NCBI GenBank assembly: GCA_001244265.2
Contig: LN717261.1
Location: forward strand, 2,433,591-2,497,590
Length of the DNA: 64,000 bases
Reading direction: 5' to 3'
DNA from: Microbotryum violaceum
Taxonomy: Eukaryota
Below, piece after piece: positions 52,203 to 64,000 of the stretch. The translations under genes were made by a program, and so were the position numbers. Each line of letters starts with the position of its first letter. Position 1 is the first letter of the stretch. The notes below the pieces were generated by a model. It saw only the letters and a list, made by a program, of their open reading frames with translations, did not search any database and was not told where the DNA came from.

Positions 52203-53377
52203 ATGATGTCCGTTTTCACTTTTTCTCATGCAAGGCAAGCGGCCGACACGTGCGGATGAACAGAACCGGACGGGGCTAAACCTCCTGTCCCCGGTTCAGT
52301 AACGGCCGAGTTTTCCGAAGCTCATGTTCAAAGCCGGAAGCTCGGGATCGACTAGAGCAAAGTCACTGTACACCGTAGTCTGCACATACATGTCCGATGT
52401 CCAATGTCGTAAGGTCAACTCGCAACTGGTAATGAGATGGTCCGAGCTCACGGTGGAGCGTGATATCGAAAGCGCGCTGTCGCTGTGGGAGCTGTGGGGC
52501 GGATTGTCGGGGCGGATTCAAGTGCTGACGCCAGTGGGACGACTCGACTTAGGCCGGGCGGCGGGCGGTACTGTTTGGCGCCCACGCTCGCGCAGCTCGA
52601 AACAGCTCGAAACGGCCCATGGCCTGAGCTTGCACCTGCCCACGCAGCGCCCGCCGCCTCTCGAGCGCAGTGCGCGAGTCACCAGCCTGCGCCCGCCCTG
52701 CGCCACGCTCTGCCTCCCGCCCTCATACGCCCCCGCTCCGCCTTGTCACCTCTGTGAGTGAAGCACACCCACCACACGCTTGCTTGCTTGCTCCAGCCGA
52801 GGCAGTCTGACTGACCGCCGAGATCCGAATCTTCAGAGCCCATTCCAACACACACTCATCGTAAGTAGCCTCGTTTGCCATGGTGTTTTGACACGTTTTT
52901 GGACGTCGTCACACTCCCAGCCCCCCCAGTCCCGCAAATGGTCGTGTTTGTCTGCTCGCCCTGCTGCGCCGGACCCACACCCACCCCATCCTCCTGGGCC
53001 AAGGTCAAACAGACCTGAACCCCCACTTGACACTAACCCACGGCACGAGGGGACGCTTTCGCGTATGGCCGTGTGAATTATGCGTCATTATACGAACTCT
53101 TTCGAGTGTTGTCGTCCTTGCACCTCAACTTGGGCCTCGTGTGCTCCCCCTTTCTGTCTCGCTCGGATCGACCGACTTAGGCCCAGAGCGCGCCGCCGCC
53201 CGGTGCACGCGCACGCGCGCGCGTCGCTCTCGCCTGTGCCCGCGCGAGTCGTCGGGCGCGGTCGTTGCCGATCCACTGTTTTGTCGCGCCGACACGAGCT
53301 TACCCCGTTTTGACAATCACGTGCCCTTTCCTTTCTCCCTCCCTCCCATCACCTGTTGCCCCATCCCACTCACACAG

Positions 53378-54006
53378 ATGCCTAAGGAAGTCAAGTCCCG
53401 CGCCACCAAGGTAGGTATCCAAATTGTCCCCGCTCTGTGGCCCCTTGGTCGCTGGCACCCTTGGCATCCCTTAGCTCGTGTTTCGAACGCGCAGGCTGAC
53501 TCCTGTTTCGCCACGCGTCGCCCTCTTTCGCCCAATCTGCACCGTTACCCACAGGTCGACACCAAGTCCGGAAAGGCCAAGAAGGACCCCAACGCCCCTA
53601 AGCGCCCTCTCTCCGCCTACATGTACTTCTCGCAAGAGAACCGCAACACAGTCAAGGATGACAACCCGGACGCCTCTTTTGGTCAGTCAATTTTCCATAC
53701 GGACCCACTTCTTCGGACAATCGCTATCACATATGAGCCTTGTGCTAACACCTTTGGACTCATCATGCTTCTAGGTGATCTCGGCAAACTCCTCGGTGCC
53801 AAGTGGAAGGACATGTCGGACGAACAAAAGAAGGTCCGCATGCGCGTCCAAGTTGATCGCGTCGTGGATTGCTTGCTGACATCAACTTCCATCGACGTCT
53901 GTCAATGAAACATTGACGTCTGTCAATGCAGTCTTACATCCAGAAGGCCGAAGTAGACAAGAACCGCTACGAGCGCGAGAAGGCGTCCTACGACGCCCGC
54001 GCTTAA
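53378..54006 (+). CDS. NHP6: HMG-box non-histone chromatin protein
   Basis: Exons 53378-53410, 53555-53681, 53775-53833, 53932-54006; KKDPNAPKRPLSAYMYF...FGDLGKLLGAKWK...DKNRYE. Confidence 0.95.
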
Positions 54007-54519
54007 GCGCGTCTGACTCGGATAGCTTCTCTCCTCAACGTCATACTTCGGATCTTTTTTTCGTCTCGTCCCCATCTCGGATCTTCTGTCGTCTGGACTA
54101 GCAGTGACAACCCTTTGGGCTCTGCCCCTAGCACCCACCTCTCTTCTCGGACGGGATGCATTTCCTGGACCTACTACCCACCCTTGTTTTTCATCGCTTC
54201 GACACTGTTCCATGTTTGTGTTATAAACCACGTCCCCTAACCCCCGCTCCCTCTATTCGATCTCCCCGGCCGATTCTGTTTCCTGTTGTTGAAGGGCGTT
54301 TCATTTCTTCCGACCGCCCGCTCCCAACTTTAACACAACAATACCGTCTCATTGCTCCGCCCAACCCCATTTTTTCCATCCTCCGATTCGCGCTGCCTCT
54401 TCACGTTTGGCCTAGTCGTGATATGTTGTGTTTTGAGATGCAATCCCTAGGCTTTCCACACGTATCGCGCTTGTGCCCCTCGGAGAGATGGACGCCGCAG
54501 ACACTGAGCGACGTTTTTG

Positions 54520-55900
54520 GCGGGGAATACCCATCTGAATGGGTATTCCCCCGGGCTGCGGTATTACCCATTCAGATGGGTATTACCTACGTGAAGATGG
54601 TATTACCCAAGCAGACGGTATTCCCTTCGGTTCGGGTATTTCCAATTTTAATGGGTAATTGCTCCTCTCCACACAGATCCGGCACTCGTCTCAAAGACCA
54701 AAGACGCAGAGTGATGTTGGAAAAATGCATCTGCAAGTGGGCCGGAAGCCCAAGGGCTGTAGCAGAATCACTGGTCTCGTGCCTGGGTGAAGGTAAGCGA
54801 CGATCCCTACGGTCCGGCACGCTGGCCTCGAGATAGTTCCCTTGGCTCATACCCTTCTGTCTGATGATTCACAGGTCACGTATCACGCGATCACCACCAA
54901 AAATTACGTCGAGTCGTGGCATAAGATCTTGAAGTATTGTTACATTGGCCGCGGGCAGCGACAGCGGACGGATCAGCTCATCCACACCCTCACAATGGCG
55001 CCGAGCCAGCATACCGCCAAGAGATTACTCTCATCGTCACCGGCTTTGTTCGTCGGCGATCGAGTAAGGCCGAGACTCAGGGCCAGAACACCGCGCAATC
55101 AATTGAGTGGAGTCGAGCGAACCATATGGTCACGGAGATGGGCGGGTACGACGGTGATGTGAGTTGAGCTTAGGATTTTCTCGCTTCTCGGGGTCGAGAC
55201 TTTGGCTGACTCGACCTCGACGACTTTTCTTCTTCTTTTCTTTTTGCCAATCTTTAGATCTACGTCACGTCTTTCGGAGAGGACGAGCAGGAGGACGAAG
55301 ACTCGACCTTCATCGAGACAAGCTACACCGTTGGACTCAATCCCACCGACTCGAGCGTGATCTCGACTTGCGATTGTCCGGATTTCGTTCGCCACATGTT
55401 TCCGTGCAAGCACATGTGGCTTGCCGCGCGTGGATCTTTGAACTAGCGACCATGCTCCTCTCGCATCTTAAGCATCGTCTCATGTGTCTGAAATTTTGCC
55501 CTCGCTGCCGCCGTCGTCATAGTCGCTCGCTCCACCACTTTAAGCAATACCCAACAGCACTGCCGAGCACGAAGATCGCATTCAACTCTACCGACGGCTC
55601 GCTGAGGAAGCCGGACGAGTACACGCAAAGCTGCTTCGGACTTTGCAGGAGTTGGAGGCTGATAAGTGCGACCCTCACACGGCTGGCGGACTCTGGGGTG
55701 GCCGAGGTTTTCATCGAGGCAGGCAAGTCAGTGACGGAAGGGTATTCTACATGGAGGGCTAAGCAGAGGAAGGTATGAGGAGTATGGGGAGACGAGGGCG
55801 AGCAGGGGATTTGAGGATGAATTTGTAATGTAGTACATTTAGGCATCCTAGCCCGCCCCCCTATTCCGAATCGAACCGGCCCAATAGGGCGGTCAAAAGC
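54520..55900 (+). mobile_element. MULE/Mutator-like transposon remnant with SWIM finger
   Basis: TTKNYVESWHKILK (~54890-54935) and STCDCPDFVRHMFPCKH (~55360-55415); GGTATTACC array at 54520-54660. Confidence 0.75.
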
Positions 55901-56102
55901 AGAGCAATTTGACCGAAAACAATTTCGCTTGGCCGAATTGAAAGTTCTGGTGTGCATATAACGGCTCGCATAACGTTATGCGCAGGCTCACATAGCTTGA
56001 TTAGATCCCTGAAGCTCTCTAGAGCTGAAGGTTTGTTCAACGAAAATTGGGGGGGGGGGGGGCGCGAGCTGGGGAAATTGATGACAATCTCAACATTAGT
56101 AA

Positions 56103-56930
56103 CTAGGTTCGGCGCGCTCCGCCCGCGCCACCTCACATTGAAAATCAGCAGTTCTGTTACATTATTTCAGATGGCTACGGTTCTACGCTGCTTTCATCTA
56201 TGTTTTCGGGAGTTCTTGCAGGACTGGACAGAAGTTCCGAGCTTTGATCATCGGCAGCTCCACCTTGCCGTCGTTGCAACATGCCCTGAATACTGGAGTG
56301 TCCCGTCCTCCCAAGCATTCAAAGTCCCAGTGGAAGGCGCTACACTTCCGACACAGAAGATCCATTGCACCTAAGTCGTGTTGAGGGTAGGCTCCCGGCA
56401 GTGGACGCAGTGCAATCGGGTGACTGTGCGGCGACACCCACCGGGACAGAGTGGACTTCGGGCGTTGGCTGGGGTGGATGTGATCGATTGATAGACTCAT
56501 TTTGCTGCCTTTCCCCGAGTCTCCGCAATTGTTGTGCCTTAGTTCTTCTGGAAGTAGAATGGTCGTCGATGTTGATGCGGTAGAGGCAGGGTTCGGCGAA
56601 GAACTGTGTGGGACCGGACCGGAACGCTCGAGCTCAAGCTTTTCCCGTTGACGATGTCGTTGCTGACCTTCAGACCTACGAGACGTCGTGGAACTATCGA
56701 TATTGTTGCTGTTCATCTGTAGCAATGGCAGTAAAGACTCACATTTAGTGTGCCAATGACCCGGACTCTCAACCGTACGAAGTCAATCTTTTGACACGCT
56801 GGCGGTGAGAATGCCTGCTGCCGGTGCAGATTGACTTGACGAACCAGTTTGCGCGACGTCGTGTTGATCTATTTCGCGCTGGTGCTTGTCGCGAAGGCGT
56901 CCGAATCCGCGCTCTAGAAGGTTTGAGCGT
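56103..56930 (-). mobile_element. Non-autonomous Helitron remnant
   Basis: LGAMDLLCRKCSAFHW..CCNDGKVELP (Helitron Zn region); 3' hairpin and CTAG at 56103-56106. Confidence 0.85.
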
Positions 56931-57239
56931 CACTATGGTATAGCAAAGCCGTCGATCAAAGATGAAATGGAATGATAAGGGGAAACGATGGAACCGAGAC
57001 CGAAGACGAGGGAGACGGGAGAGACGAGAGAGCGACCGGAACGGCTGAGAGACGAGAGACGCGAAAGGGGCCCAAACCGAGAAACGAGACCGAGTACAAG
57101 AACCAAACGCTGAGACTGGAGACTGGAGGCGAGAGACGAGACCTGAAACACGCAGAACGTGAGAACCAGCTGAGATGCTGTATTGGATCCTAGAAGTGGT
57201 CTGGCTAAGAACAAGAAGCAAACTCCCCTCGATCGTTCC

Positions 57240-62013
<4,774 letters not shown>

Positions 62014-62618
62014 GTTCCGACCATTCACACCGCTGCGCTCCTTTCATTCCCCTTCATCCCTTCGTCCGCGCATCCGGCCCGGTCTTCCACTCAAATCCCG
62101 CCACATGATTCGTCGCCAACATTCAAGTCCGAGTCACCGAAGTACTGAGTTTATCCGGGACCGCTTAACCGCTGAGAAATCTGCCAAAACCGGCGTTTGG
62201 TAGGTCCCTGCCCGTACTAGTGGAAATTGAAACGACTCTCGACTTGGCCCTCGAAACTGTCAGAGTGTATATTGCTGTTTCTTCCCACTTCTATTACCGA
62301 TCATGATTAGTTACTAGTTGTTGATATTAGTCGCCTCGCGCGGCTATTGCTTGCCTCGCGCGCTCCTACTCTGCGCTTCTCTTCTTTCTCCAACTGTCTT
62401 TACTATCATCCTCGGCTCTCGTACTAAACGTATCTCGTGCCTCGGCTTTAGGTTCTAATAGAAACGACTTCGGAACTCGACCCTGCTTCGACCGACACGA
62501 CTTCGGAACTCGATCCTGCTTCGACCGAAACAATTTCGCTACAACCGCTGCTTCCGACGGAATTCCAAGTACCACAGACCCCCGCTAAAACCGGAATGAC
62601 TCCTGACGGGGCCCGCTA

Positions 62619-63468
<850 letters not shown>

Positions 63469-63569
63469 CTACTGGAACAGAGGCCGAGGGGGCTGGAGGT
63501 TACTGGGGGAGTTGACTATCCTTAAAACTATCTTCTATGTTTATACTACTAATATTATACTACTAAATG

Positions 63570-63653
63570 GATACGTCGAGACAGAGAACGTTCTAGAACG
63601 AGACAAACCACGTGGCGTGACGTCATGGTGCGCGAAGCGCGCCACCGCACTAG
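63570..63653 (+). mobile_element. Helitron 3' end (second type)
   Basis: Matches 34910-34990; hairpin tggtgcgcgaagcgcgcca then CTAG|T. Confidence 0.8.
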
Positions 63654-63693
63654 TGAGATCAAGATTGCAGAAGGAAGACAAGAGCAATTTCTA

Positions 63694-63981
<288 letters not shown>

Positions 63982-64000
63982 CTACCGTTGTCACACACCG

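Noticed and set aside
53027-53908. 293-aa ORF as a long HMG protein
   Set aside because: Read-through of NHP6 introns and 5' region; the spliced model gives the canonical short protein.

Overview
Eukaryotic, intron-containing fungal DNA (basidiomycete-like; repeat content and CpG/TCG C-to-T decay are reminiscent of a low-recombination region of a Pucciniomycotina such as Microbotryum, which is inference). Most of the window is nested mobile elements: many Helitron fragments with hairpin+CTAG 3' ends, two Ty1/copia elements (one intact with TSD), solo LTRs, two LINE families, and MULE/other DNA-transposon remnants with subterminal motif arrays. Host gene islands are RPC40, a SNAPC3 homolog, NHP6 and a vWA-domain gene with a premature stop. 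The standout is 338-4284, a spliced gene joining a PrimPol-type primase-polymerase, a Zn-binding module and a herpes UL9/origin-binding-type SF2 helicase. It is flanked by CCCCCGGGGG palindrome arrays and a ~190-bp hairpin, and is a candidate replication module of an undescribed virus-like or self-replicating element. All calls are by eye; unless a junction is quoted, boundaries are approximate.
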